From contig CAVYTU010000013.1 in assembly GCA_963771465.1 (NCBI GenBank), positions 192,001-256,000 on the forward strand: 64,000 nt of DNA, given 5' to 3'. The notes below the pieces were generated by a model that was not told where the DNA came from, did no database searches, and saw only the letters and a list, made by a program, of their open reading frames with translations. This document shows positions 27,707 to 36,453 of the stretch, in pieces. Made by a program: the position numbers and the translations under genes. The first letter of the stretch is position 1. Each line of letters opens with the position of its first letter. The DNA is from an uncultured delta proteobacterium. Lineage in GTDB: Bacteria > Desulfobacterota > Binatia > UBA9968.

Positions 27707-28411
27707 ATGGTGTCCAAAAAAACCGGCGATCTAAAATTTTTGAAATTGTGGTGTGGCTTGATTGTCGGTGGTGCGGTGATGATGTCTTGTTCCCTCAATC
27801 CGAAAATTCCCGTGGTCGCTGATGAGCCGATCGAGAAGTTGGTGCGCGAGGAAGCCGGTCAGATTCTGGCCGCGGCCGATCCGAGCGCCGAGTTTGCCCA
27901 TTACCATTTTCAGCTTTCAGCGTTTCCACGGGGCGATCTGCTCGGTTTAAGTATTGGGCGCGGGCGGGTCTATATCAGCTATCGGCTAGCGCAGCTGGCG
28001 CTCAAAAGTTCTTATCATCGCTGGCTGCTGCGGCAGACCCTGGCCCATGAAATTGCCCATGAGCTCGCCGGACATGCAAATCAGCGCGGCGCCGTCGCTA
28101 ATACCTCGGCGGCACAAGGGGGCATCACCGCAGGTCATCTCGGGCTCGCTGGGCGGGTGCAGTTCCAAAACTATTCCGTTGAAAAAGAGTTGCAAGCAGA
28201 CTTTTACGGCATGAGCTACTGGGCCAAGCTGGGTTGGGATTGCACCATCTGGGTCAATATCCTGCGCGAATTTCAAAGACAGAATTATTCCGGAGATAGT
28301 TTCCACCCGACTGATCGCCGCTTGGAGCAGGCGTCGGCAAGCTGTCCCGCGATTCGCCAGCGGCCAACAACTCCCGTCGCCTCCACTGCCGCTAGCCCGT
28401 CGCTTTATTGA
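27707..28411 (+). CDS. M48 family metallopeptidase, probable lipoprotein
   Basis: MMSC lipobox-like segment; LAHEIAH, ELQAD, FHPT motifs. Confidence 0.75.
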   Translation: MVSKKTGDLKFLKLWCGLIVGGAVMMSCSLNPKIPVVADEPIEKLVREEAGQILAAADPSAEFAHYHFQLSAFPRGDLLGLSIGRGRVYISYRLAQLALKSSYHRWLLRQTLAHEIAHELAGHANQRGAVANTSAAQGGITAGHLGLAGRVQFQNYSVEKELQADFYGMSYWAKLGWDCTIWVNILREFQRQNYSGDSFHPTDRRLEQASASCPAIRQRPTTPVASTAASPSLY

Positions 28412-28495
28412 GCTTCAGAGACAGCGCAGTGGCACGTTTTTAATCACCCGTGATTTAGCGACAGTGAGATCCTTGCCCGTTATTATCCAGTCTAA

Positions 28496-29911
28496 ATGGC
28501 AAATCGATACGATGCCGTCGTAATCGGTTCCGGCCCCAACGGTTTAGCGGCGGCGATTACCTTGGCCCAGGCGGGCCGATCGGTAATCGTCTATGAAGCA
28601 GAAGCGATTCCCGGCGGCGGGGCGCGCTCGTTTGCGCTGACCTTGCCGGGTTACGTTCACGATGTCTGCTCGGCAGTCTATCCACTGGCCATCGGTTCGC
28701 CGTTTTTTCGCACCTTACCTCTCGATCAGCACGGGCTTGATTGGATCCATCCGCCGTCGCCGCTGGCGCATCCACTCGACGATGGCACAGCGGTGATCGT
28801 CGAGCGCTCGGTCGACGCCACTGCGGCCAGCCTCAATGACGACGCTAATTCCTATCGCCGCTTGATGAATTATTTCTGCGCCCGGTGGGACGGATTGGAC
28901 ATCGACCTGTTGGGGCCACCGCGAATGCCACGCCACCCGTTGGTGTTGGCGCGCTTCGGCTTTCTTGGCATTCGCCCGGCAGCGAACTTTGCCCGCAGCT
29001 ATTTCAAAGGTGCTCGAGCACGCGCGTTATTTGCCGGATTGGCGGCCCATTCCATGTTGCCGCTCGAAGCGTTGGGCTCGGCGGCATTCGGACTGGTCTT
29101 GGGCATCACCGCTCACAGCGTCGGCTGGCCGGTGGCACGCGGCGGCGCGCAAAGGTTGGCCGATGCGCTGGTTTCCTACGCGCGCTCGCTGGGCGTGGAG
29201 ATTGTCACCGAGCGGCGTGTTCGCGCGCTTCGCCAACTGCCAAAAGCGCGCGCCGTGTTATGCGATGTGACGCCGCGCCAGCTTTTAGCGCTGGCGGAAA
29301 ATGAATTGCCGGATTCGTTCCAGCGGCGCTTGCAAAGCTATCGCTACGGCATGGGCGTTTACAAAGTCGATTGGGCGCTCTCGGCGCCGGTGCCCTGGCG
29401 AGCAGCCGAGTGCGCCCGCGCCGCCACGGTTCACCTCGGCGGTTCGCTGGAAGAAATTGCGCTGTCGGAACGCGCTGCGGCGCGCGGCGAACAGAATGAC
29501 CGGCCCTTCGTCCTGATCGCGCAGCCCTCACTTTTCGATGAATCGCGCGCGCCCCAAGGCAAACACACGCTCTGGGGTTACTGTCATGTGCCCCATGGTT
29601 CGGACCGACCGATGCTGGATAACATTGAAAGTCAGATCGAGCGGTTTGCGCCGGGGTTTCGCGAGATCGTGCTGGCGCGGCATACAATGGGGCCGGCGCT
29701 GCTCGAACAGCGCAATGCCAATCTAGTGGGCGGGGACATCAACGGCGGTACTGCCGATCTGCGGCAATTATTTTTGCGGCCGTCCCGGCGCATGTACGGT
29801 ACTCCGGTAAAAGGTCTTTATCTATGCTCGGCGTCGACGCCGCCCGGCGGCGGCGTGCACGGCATGTGCGGCTATTTTGCCGCGCGCCGGGCCCTCAGCG
29901 AGATGGAATAA
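28496..29911 (+). CDS. FAD-dependent oxidoreductase (phytoene desaturase-like family)
   Basis: IGSGPNG, HDVCSAV, YLCSASTPPGGGVHGMCG. Confidence 0.85.
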   Translation: MANRYDAVVIGSGPNGLAAAITLAQAGRSVIVYEAEAIPGGGARSFALTLPGYVHDVCSAVYPLAIGSPFFRTLPLDQHGLDWIHPPSPLAHPLDDGTAVIVERSVDATAASLNDDANSYRRLMNYFCARWDGLDIDLLGPPRMPRHPLVLARFGFLGIRPAANFARSYFKGARARALFAGLAAHSMLPLEALGSAAFGLVLGITAHSVGWPVARGGAQRLADALVSYARSLGVEIVTERRVRALRQLPKARAVLCDVTPRQLLALAENELPDSFQRRLQSYRYGMGVYKVDWALSAPVPWRAAECARAATVHLGGSLEEIALSERAAARGEQNDRPFVLIAQPSLFDESRAPQGKHTLWGYCHVPHGSDRPMLDNIESQIERFAPGFREIVLARHTMGPALLEQRNANLVGGDINGGTADLRQLFLRPSRRMYGTPVKGLYLCSASTPPGGGVHGMCGYFAARRALSEME

Positions 29912-30094
29912 AGCGTCGGACCCGTCGCAACGATAACAATTAACCTTCCTTTCGTCGCCGCTTATCTTTTTAATCCCGCGGCTTTAGACTGGACGCGAGC
30001 CATCGTCTAGAGGAACCGGTAGCCAAAAAGTGCTTAAGGCCCGTGTGTCCGCGTTGGCGGCTCGACCTGCATCCATTGGGTAAATCTTTACGTC

Positions 30095-30110
30095 TGGATT
30101 AAGTTTTGCA
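30095..30110 (+). promoter_or_regulatory. sigma54 -24/-12 promoter (relaxed match)
   Basis: TGGATT-AAGTT-TTGCA upstream of 30189/ndh. Confidence 0.5.
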
Positions 30111-30188
30111 GAGCCAGAGGTGTTGTGGGACTAACATTCGCTCATGTTTCGAAAGAAATTTTCCGTTTCAGCGTGCGAGGTAGGTGCA

Positions 30189-30407
30189 ATGGTTAGACTG
30201 AAGAAATCATCCGATCAAAGAGCCAAACAAACTCAGACGGCCGACCCTGTGCTCATCGAGCTCAGCGCTGAAGCCAAAACCAATCTGAAAAAGCTCCAGT
30301 TACTCTCTTTGGATGGCGAGGGGCGGCAACCGGGCGCCTCACAGATTATCGAAAAACTGATCAACGCCGCGGTGGTTAGCGGCCCGGATGCGCCTTATCC
30401 GGGATGA
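30189..30407 (+). CDS. Small hypothetical protein, possibly ribbon-helix-helix-like
   Basis: GAGGTAGG RBS; VLIEL-SAEAKTNLKKLQ-...-ASQIIEKLINAA strand-helix-helix pattern; ends 3 bp before ndh. Confidence 0.5.
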   Translation: MVRLKKSSDQRAKQTQTADPVLIELSAEAKTNLKKLQLLSLDGEGRQPGASQIIEKLINAAVVSGPDAPYPG

Positions 30408-30410
30408 TCT

Positions 30411-31679
30411 GTGCATCGGGTCGTGGTGATCGGTGGCGGGTTTGGCGGACTTTGCGCGGTCCAGTCGATGCGCCATTTACCCGTCGAGGTCACGCTCGTA
30501 GACCGGCGCAATTTCCATCTTTTTCAGCCACTGCTTTACCAAGTTGCTACCGGTTGGTTATCGCCGGCCAACATCGCTTCGACCCTTAGAGCCGTATTAC
30601 GTCACCAAAAGAACGCCAAAGTTCTTCTTACAGAAGTAACCGACATTGACCCGGCGCGTCGCAAAGTAGTTTTCGCCGGCGGAACACTTGACTATGACAC
30701 GCTGATCGTCGGCACCGGCTCGAGTCACCATTATTTCGGACATGACCATTGGCAGAAACTTGCACCGGGCTTAAAGACCATCGAAGACGCCATCGAAATG
30801 CGCCGCCGGATCTTTTCCGCCTTCGAGTCCGCTGAGCGAGAGACCGATCCGGCCAAGATTCGCGACTGGTTGACCTTCGTGATTGTCGGCGGCGGTCCTA
30901 CCGGCGTGGAACTCGCCGGTGCGTTAGCGGATATTGCCAATCAAACTTTGACTCACGACTTTCGCAGCATCGATCCTAGCGCGACGCGAATACTTTTGCT
31001 TGAGGCGTCTGATCGTATCCTATCGACTTATCCTGAGGATCTGGCGAGCAACGCGCAAGGCTTTCTAAAGAACCTTGGTGTGTCAGTGCAAACTCGCACT
31101 GCGGTCACCGAACTCCGGCCGGGTGAGGTTGCGGTCAAGCGTTGTGAGACGCCTGAGGTGATTCCCTGTCAGACGGTGCTCTGGGCGGCGGGGGTGCGCG
31201 CATCGCAACTTGGCGAAGTGCTGGCGCGCTGCGGCGTTGCGACTTTGGATCGCGGCCGCAGGGTGATCGTTGAGGACGATTTTTCTCTTGCCAATCATCC
31301 GGAGATTTTTGTCATCGGCGATCTGGCTTGCTATACGCCGTCCGGCGGCAATCCGTTGCCGGGTATCGCGCCGGTCGCGCAACAAGCCGGTCGCTACGTC
31401 GCCCAAATTATCGGCAACCGTCTCAATGGCAAAACTACGCGGCCATTCAAATATCGGGATCGCGGCAGTATGGCAATTGTCGGTCGCGCCATTGCCGTCG
31501 CGGACTTGGGAGGCATGCATCTCGCCGGTTTCGCCGCTTGGCTCGCGTGGTTGTTTATTCATCTGATGCAGATCGTTGAGTTCGAAAACCGTGTGCTGGT
31601 ACTGGTTCAATGGGGCTGGTTCTATTTTCGCCGCAGCCGTGCTGCGCGGTTAATTACGGGTGACAAGTTTGAGTCGTGA
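30411..31679 (+). CDS. ndh: Type II NADH dehydrogenase
   Basis: IGGGFGG, HLFQPLLYQVATG, VGGGPTGVELAG, WAAGV, IGD, YRDRGSMA. Confidence 0.9.
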   Translation: MHRVVVIGGGFGGLCAVQSMRHLPVEVTLVDRRNFHLFQPLLYQVATGWLSPANIASTLRAVLRHQKNAKVLLTEVTDIDPARRKVVFAGGTLDYDTLIVGTGSSHHYFGHDHWQKLAPGLKTIEDAIEMRRRIFSAFESAERETDPAKIRDWLTFVIVGGGPTGVELAGALADIANQTLTHDFRSIDPSATRILLLEASDRILSTYPEDLASNAQGFLKNLGVSVQTRTAVTELRPGEVAVKRCETPEVIPCQTVLWAAGVRASQLGEVLARCGVATLDRGRRVIVEDDFSLANHPEIFVIGDLACYTPSGGNPLPGIAPVAQQAGRYVAQIIGNRLNGKTTRPFKYRDRGSMAIVGRAIAVADLGGMHLAGFAAWLAWLFIHLMQIVEFENRVLVLVQWGWFYFRRSRAARLITGDKFES

Positions 31680-31791
31680 AACTGCGCGGGCGAAAATTAA
31701 AAACCCAATTGGCTCGCTCCGTAGAATTACCGTGAGGCTGCGTGATTCGTCGCGCGCGAGATCCTGACAAAATGCGCTAACGCAATGACAA

Positions 31792-31809
31792 TGTCTCATT
31801 TTTGAAACA
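31792..31809. promoter_or_regulatory. Palindromic TGT-N12-ACA putative activator site
   Basis: TGTCTCA-TTTT-TGAAACA, about 105 bp upstream of a sigma54 site. Confidence 0.55.
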
Positions 31810-31913
31810 CCGTAAAGCTTTTCGTATCATTCTTGGGATTACGCGCCCCAGCGAAATTTTACAAAGCGGTTGAATTTCGTTCGTTGCCGTTGGTTCACGC
31901 GACGACTCGCCAC

Positions 31914-31929
31914 TGGCATGTCGGTTGCT
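31914..31929 (+). promoter_or_regulatory. sigma54 -24/-12 promoter
   Basis: TGGCAT-GTCGG-TTGCT. Confidence 0.75.
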
Positions 31930-32108
31930 CTTTTGACACGCAAAACTTTGGCCTTTCTGGCACTTGCGCGTCGTCGCCGTTTGGACGCCGACCCAAATTG
32001 TCATCGTCAGCGCAGTCGGTCCAATCAGCGCCACCGCCTTGAAACATTTTGACCGCGGATTTTACGCAAAAAGAAAACGATTATCTTATTTATTAAGGAG
32101 ATCTGAGT

Positions 32109-32471
32109 ATGGGAAATCTTGCCGCAAACGACCACTCGAGAACTTGGTTGCAGGTTTTCAACAATAGCAAGGTTAATGGCGCGCCTTATCGCGGTGACAA
32201 TTTGCCTGCGCATAGTTGGGATTGGCCAACCGACACTTACTTGCAACGCCGCTTGCTCCAGTTGCGGGCGCATGGGGGCGGCGAAACGAAGACCGGTACT
32301 TCTGCCGAGGCGGAAAAACAGCAGGACCAACATATGTTCAGCCCGACGCGTATGCTCGATCCGCAGCTCGAAAGAAGCGATACGCTTGTAGCCTACCCGA
32401 AAAAACGTCGGAAGCTTCGGGGGATTTCGCCCGCGGTTGGAGCGACGAAGCAACGCCGCCGATCCTCCTGA
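32109..32471 (+). CDS. Hypothetical protein
   Basis: TAAGGAG RBS; downstream of a sigma54 motif; no recognisable domain. Confidence 0.5.
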   Translation: MGNLAANDHSRTWLQVFNNSKVNGAPYRGDNLPAHSWDWPTDTYLQRRLLQLRAHGGGETKTGTSAEAEKQQDQHMFSPTRMLDPQLERSDTLVAYPKKRRKLRGISPAVGATKQRRRSS

Positions 32472-32566
32472 TGCTGGTGCCGGCTGCGGAGTCCTTCTAG
32501 CTAGCAGTGATTTTTATCGCCGCCACCAACATCGGAAGAGACTCTATCGCCTAGCTAGCAGAGCGT

Positions 32567-33724
32567 GTGCTCGCGTTACATGCGATGAAACTGGACCGAC
32601 ATTTTTCGCCGCCGGTGTCGTCGACCAGCCGGAACCGCACGCGACATTTGTGGGAAATCACTGCGGTGCGCGATCTGGCGCTGATCTTAGTGCCGGTATC
32701 GTTGCTCGTGTCGGTCTACCTTTTATGGGATATTTTCCTGCCGGTTTTTCTTGGTCTTTTGATGGCGCATTTTTGCAATCCGGCGATCACGCATCTCGAG
32801 CGACGATGGCGCTGGCCGCGCACGCTTACGATTTCGCTCATTTTATTCATCGGATTGGGCCTGCTTGCAGTGCTTCTGATTTGGCTCGTTCCGCTGCTGT
32901 ATGAGCAAATCGTCGGGTTGGTAACCAACTTGCCCAAATATTTGCGCGCGTTGGCGCAACGGTTGCAGATCGATGGGGGCGCGCTCGGCGAACAGGTCGA
33001 GGCGGTGTTGGCGCAGGCCCAAGGCGATCCCCGGCAAATATTGGCCCAGGTTTTTCGCAGTACAGGTCAAGCCATCGGCTGGCTTGCAGCGCTGGTCGGT
33101 GTGGTCAGCAATCTGACTTTGGCGTTGATCCTGATCCCAATCTATTTCTTCGTCTTCGCGTGGTATTTCAATCATGGTTTGGCCCGGCTTGAAGCTTATT
33201 TGCCCACCCGCCGCAAAGCGCAAATCTTGCAGGTGTTTGGAGAGATGGATCGCGCAGTCAGCGATTTTTTTCGCGGTCGGCTGGTAATTGCCGTGATCGT
33301 TGGCGCGCTGTTTTCCGCCGGCTGGTACGCCGCCGCCGTGCCTTATTGGTTCGCCCTCGGCATGATCACGGGTTTTTTAAATATCATCCCTTACCTGTCG
33401 GTGATTAGCTGGCCGCTGGCGGTGCTACTCAAGTATGTCAGTGGCTTGGATGCGGGCGCGAGTGGCGGACTGATCGATGCAGTGCTGTGGCCGAGCGCAG
33501 TTTATGTCGTCGTGCAGCTCCTCGAAGGTTGGGTTCTGACCCCGTGGATTCAGAGCGGCCAAACCAACCTTAGCGGCGTCACCATTATCATTGTTGTGTT
33601 CGTCGGCGCTTCCCTGGCCGGCGTCTGGGGCATGCTCTTTGCGATTCCCGTGGCTGCGTGTATCAAAATCGTTTTCGTTGCAACGCTTTTGCCGCAGCTC
33701 AAGCGCTGGGCCGCAGAGCATTGA
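32567..33724 (+). CDS. AI-2E family transporter
   Basis: Multi-TM protein; FFRGRL, LNIIPYL, VQLLEGWVLTPWI, GMLFAIPVAA. Confidence 0.9.
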   Translation: MLALHAMKLDRHFSPPVSSTSRNRTRHLWEITAVRDLALILVPVSLLVSVYLLWDIFLPVFLGLLMAHFCNPAITHLERRWRWPRTLTISLILFIGLGLLAVLLIWLVPLLYEQIVGLVTNLPKYLRALAQRLQIDGGALGEQVEAVLAQAQGDPRQILAQVFRSTGQAIGWLAALVGVVSNLTLALILIPIYFFVFAWYFNHGLARLEAYLPTRRKAQILQVFGEMDRAVSDFFRGRLVIAVIVGALFSAGWYAAAVPYWFALGMITGFLNIIPYLSVISWPLAVLLKYVSGLDAGASGGLIDAVLWPSAVYVVVQLLEGWVLTPWIQSGQTNLSGVTIIIVVFVGASLAGVWGMLFAIPVAACIKIVFVATLLPQLKRWAAEH

Positions 33725-33767
33725 GGATCGTTGTTAACCCGTTTGAACCCGTGGAAAGGAGACCGTC

Positions 33768-34124
33768 GTGAACTTAGAAATACGACCGGGACTGTTTCAC
33801 CCCGACATGCTTGCCGCCCATGAGGTCGCCGTAAACTCACAAGCCGCCGAGCAGCCCGAGCAGCGTTTGATGATGGCGGTCCTGGGCGAGGCGCTTTTCT
33901 GTTTCCAAAAGTATCATCTGGCGCCGGACCGGGATGGGAAAAAAATTTTCGCCGAGGCGCAAGACTGGCTGCTCGACGAAAACGAGCAGTGGCCTTTCTC
34001 GTTCAATAACATTTGCGCCGGTTTGGGCATTAGCCCGTCGTATCTGCGCCGTCAGTTGCAGCGTTGGAAGGCGAGCCAACTGTGCCGCGCTGAAGCCGGC
34101 ATGAAACTTCGCCACAGCGCTTAA
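33768..34124 (+). CDS. Hypothetical protein (paralog of 41968-42366)
   Basis: AAAGGAG RBS; PEQRLMMAVLGEALFCFQ...AQDWL...PFSFNNICAGLGISPSYLR. Confidence 0.8.
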   Translation: MNLEIRPGLFHPDMLAAHEVAVNSQAAEQPEQRLMMAVLGEALFCFQKYHLAPDRDGKKIFAEAQDWLLDENEQWPFSFNNICAGLGISPSYLRRQLQRWKASQLCRAEAGMKLRHSA

Positions 34125-34225
34125 GCAGCTAGTTAAACGTTCAGAGATTGACGCTGCGCGAACAGAGCGGCGCAGCGAAAATTGATCGCTGTTTCAATCT
34201 TGTTACGACAAAGAGGTAAATAATA

Positions 34226-34411
34226 ATGATCCATGCGATCCGTGATTTAATGGCCGGCGCCGATCCAACCATGCTGATCGGCTTGATTTGTTCTTCTTGC
34301 GGACTCGGTTTTACTTGCGAAAAGGAGCTGCGCGACCATCAGTTGGTTTGCCGCAGTAGCGGCGAGTTTCTTAGCCAGTTCAATATTGAGAGCGAGCAGC
34401 GTGACAACTAA
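34226..34411 (+). CDS. Single zinc-finger (C2HC) microprotein
   Basis: C-SS-C-GLG-F-TCEKE-L-RD-H-QLV-C matches C-x2-C-x3-F-x5-L-x2-H-x3-[HC]; AGAGGT RBS. Confidence 0.65.
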   Translation: MIHAIRDLMAGADPTMLIGLICSSCGLGFTCEKELRDHQLVCRSSGEFLSQFNIESEQRDN

Positions 34412-34698
34412 TAATTAGTTTAATTACATATTCTTCGGAATTCGTCCATCCCGCTGTCCTGTCGTGGGGCGCGTAAAAGCGCCCTCGGATTTCTAAAACG
34501 TAATTTTTATCCTTCATAGCGCGTAGGGCTTTTTGCGCTATTGGTCAGGTCAACTCCCCACCTGCCGACAACCGCTTTGAGACCCCGTTTCGCGCGTAAG
34601 ATATTTGAATTAAAAGACTTCATCCCCGACGGGTCTGTCGACTTTTTCAAACCGGAATTATGTTGTAGCCAAGGGCCCGACAGTCGAACGGTATACTT

Positions 34699-34714
34699 TG
34701 GCATGTCTGTTGCT
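34699..34714 (+). promoter_or_regulatory. sigma54 -24/-12 promoter
   Basis: TGGCAT-GTCTG-TTGCT, 46 bp before ATG 34761. Confidence 0.8.
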
Positions 34715-34760
34715 CCAACTAATGCCGATGCAGGAATCGCCGGCTCAAAACAAAAAAAAT

Positions 34761-35501
34761 ATGAGTGAAAAGAGAAACATCCGGATTGCCGCGGTCGGTG
34801 ATTTACACTGCACCAAAACTTCCCAGGGAAAGCTGCACGCGTTATTCCAGCAGATTTCCGAGAATGCAGACATTCTGCTTTTATGCGGCGATTTGGTTGA
34901 CTATGGTCAGCACGACGAAGCGGTGGTGTTGGCTAAGGAATTAGCGCCGATCAAAATTCCCATGCTGGGCGTGTTGGGAAATCATGAGTATGAGTCCAAC
35001 CAGCAACTCGACGTCCTCCGTATTTTAGGTGACGCGGGGGTGACGATTCTCGACGGCGATGCCGTTGAAATTCTCGGCATCGGCTTTGTCGGAGCCAAGG
35101 GGTTCGGTGGCGGCTTTGGCGAACAGGCGTTGCAGCCTTGGGGTGAGGAAGCGGTCAAGAATTTTGTTCACGAGGCGGTCAACGAAACCCTGAAGCTCGA
35201 ATCCGCATTGGCAAAGTTGCGCACCGAACAACGGATTGCGCTGCTCCATTACTCGCCGATACGGGCTACGGTGGTCGGCGAGCCGCTGGAGATCTATGCC
35301 TTTCTAGGTTCGAGCCGGCTCGAAGAGCCGCTCAACCGATACCCGGTGAACGCGATATTTCACGGCCATGCCCATCGTGGCTCGCCGGAAGGACGCACGC
35401 AAAATAATGTGCCGGTCTACAACGTCGCCATGAAGCTTTTGGCGAAAACATTTCCAGACCAACCACCTTACAAAATTCTCGAACTGCCGGCCGTGTCTTA
35501 G
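34761..35501 (+). CDS. Calcineurin-like metallophosphoesterase
   Basis: GDLH, GDLVD, GNHE, LLHY, HGHAH motifs. Confidence 0.9.
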   Translation: MSEKRNIRIAAVGDLHCTKTSQGKLHALFQQISENADILLLCGDLVDYGQHDEAVVLAKELAPIKIPMLGVLGNHEYESNQQLDVLRILGDAGVTILDGDAVEILGIGFVGAKGFGGGFGEQALQPWGEEAVKNFVHEAVNETLKLESALAKLRTEQRIALLHYSPIRATVVGEPLEIYAFLGSSRLEEPLNRYPVNAIFHGHAHRGSPEGRTQNNVPVYNVAMKLLAKTFPDQPPYKILELPAVS

Positions 35502-35516
35502 GCCGCGGATTTGCCT

Positions 35517-36305
35517 ATGGAATGCTTAACCGATCAAAAAAAAACCAACGACTTTTATTGTCGCGTGCTCCATACGCTCAACGCGGCCAAGGTGCCCTTT
35601 CTAGTCGGCGGCGCCTGCATGCTGGAAAGGATCACCGGAATCGTGCGGCCGACCAAGGACTTCGATCTCCATGTGCGTCCGCAAGAGATCGCGGGAATCT
35701 TTGCCACCCTGGACGCGGCAGGATACCAGACCGAGATGACATTCTCACACTGGCTCGGCAAAGTCTTCCAGCGTACCCATTACATCGATATAATTTTCAG
35801 CTCGGGAAACGGCATATGCCGAGTCGATGACGAATGGTTTGACCATGCCATCGCCGGTGAAATCTTCGGCGTGCCCGTGCGGTTCTGCGCGCCCGAGGAG
35901 GCGATCTGGTCCAAAGCTTTCATTTTGGAGCGCGAGCGCTACGATGGTGCCGACATCGCCCATCTCATTTTAGCTGCGGCGCCACAGATGGATTGGCGAC
36001 GGCTGCTGCACCGATTCGGCGAACATTGGCGGGTGCTGTTAAGCCATCTCGTGCTGTTCGGATTTATCTATCCGGGGCGAACTCATCTGGTGCCCGCCTG
36101 GGTGCTCAACGAGCTTTGGCAGCGCCAGTGTCGCGAGTCCGAAAATTCGGCCGATGATCTATGCCGGGGAACACTGCTATCGCGTACCCAGTATCTCTAT
36201 GACATAGAAAATTGGGGTTATCGCGACGCGCGCCTGCATCCACCGGCGAGTATGAGCCCCGAGGACGTCGAGCGCTGGACCCAGAAAGCGATGCATCAGG
36301 AATAA
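35517..36305 (+). CDS. Nucleotidyltransferase (Pol-beta superfamily) family protein
   Basis: LVGGACM...RPTKDFDL...IDIIF; SKAFILERERYDGADIAHL. Confidence 0.8.
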   Translation: MECLTDQKKTNDFYCRVLHTLNAAKVPFLVGGACMLERITGIVRPTKDFDLHVRPQEIAGIFATLDAAGYQTEMTFSHWLGKVFQRTHYIDIIFSSGNGICRVDDEWFDHAIAGEIFGVPVRFCAPEEAIWSKAFILERERYDGADIAHLILAAAPQMDWRRLLHRFGEHWRVLLSHLVLFGFIYPGRTHLVPAWVLNELWQRQCRESENSADDLCRGTLLSRTQYLYDIENWGYRDARLHPPASMSPEDVERWTQKAMHQE

Positions 36306-36453
36306 CGCCCTGGGGGCCGCGGCCGTTTAGTATTCAAGGTCAATATTCGATTGACTCGTTTCATCGGGCTCCATTTAAATTTTTCAGCTGAATAATCAGA
36401 TCGAACGCATCTCCAGCCTTGAACCACCGTCCGCATAAATGTAGAAGCGGCCA

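Noticed and set aside
27630-28444. Further sigma54-like sites at 27630 (CGGCGCGATTTTGCT) and 28430 (TGGCACGTTTTTAAT)
   Set aside because: The first has GG-N9-GC spacing and the second lacks the -12 GC; neither was counted
28496-29911. Carotenoid biosynthesis gene crtI
   Set aside because: Only family-level similarity, and no crtB/crtE neighbours
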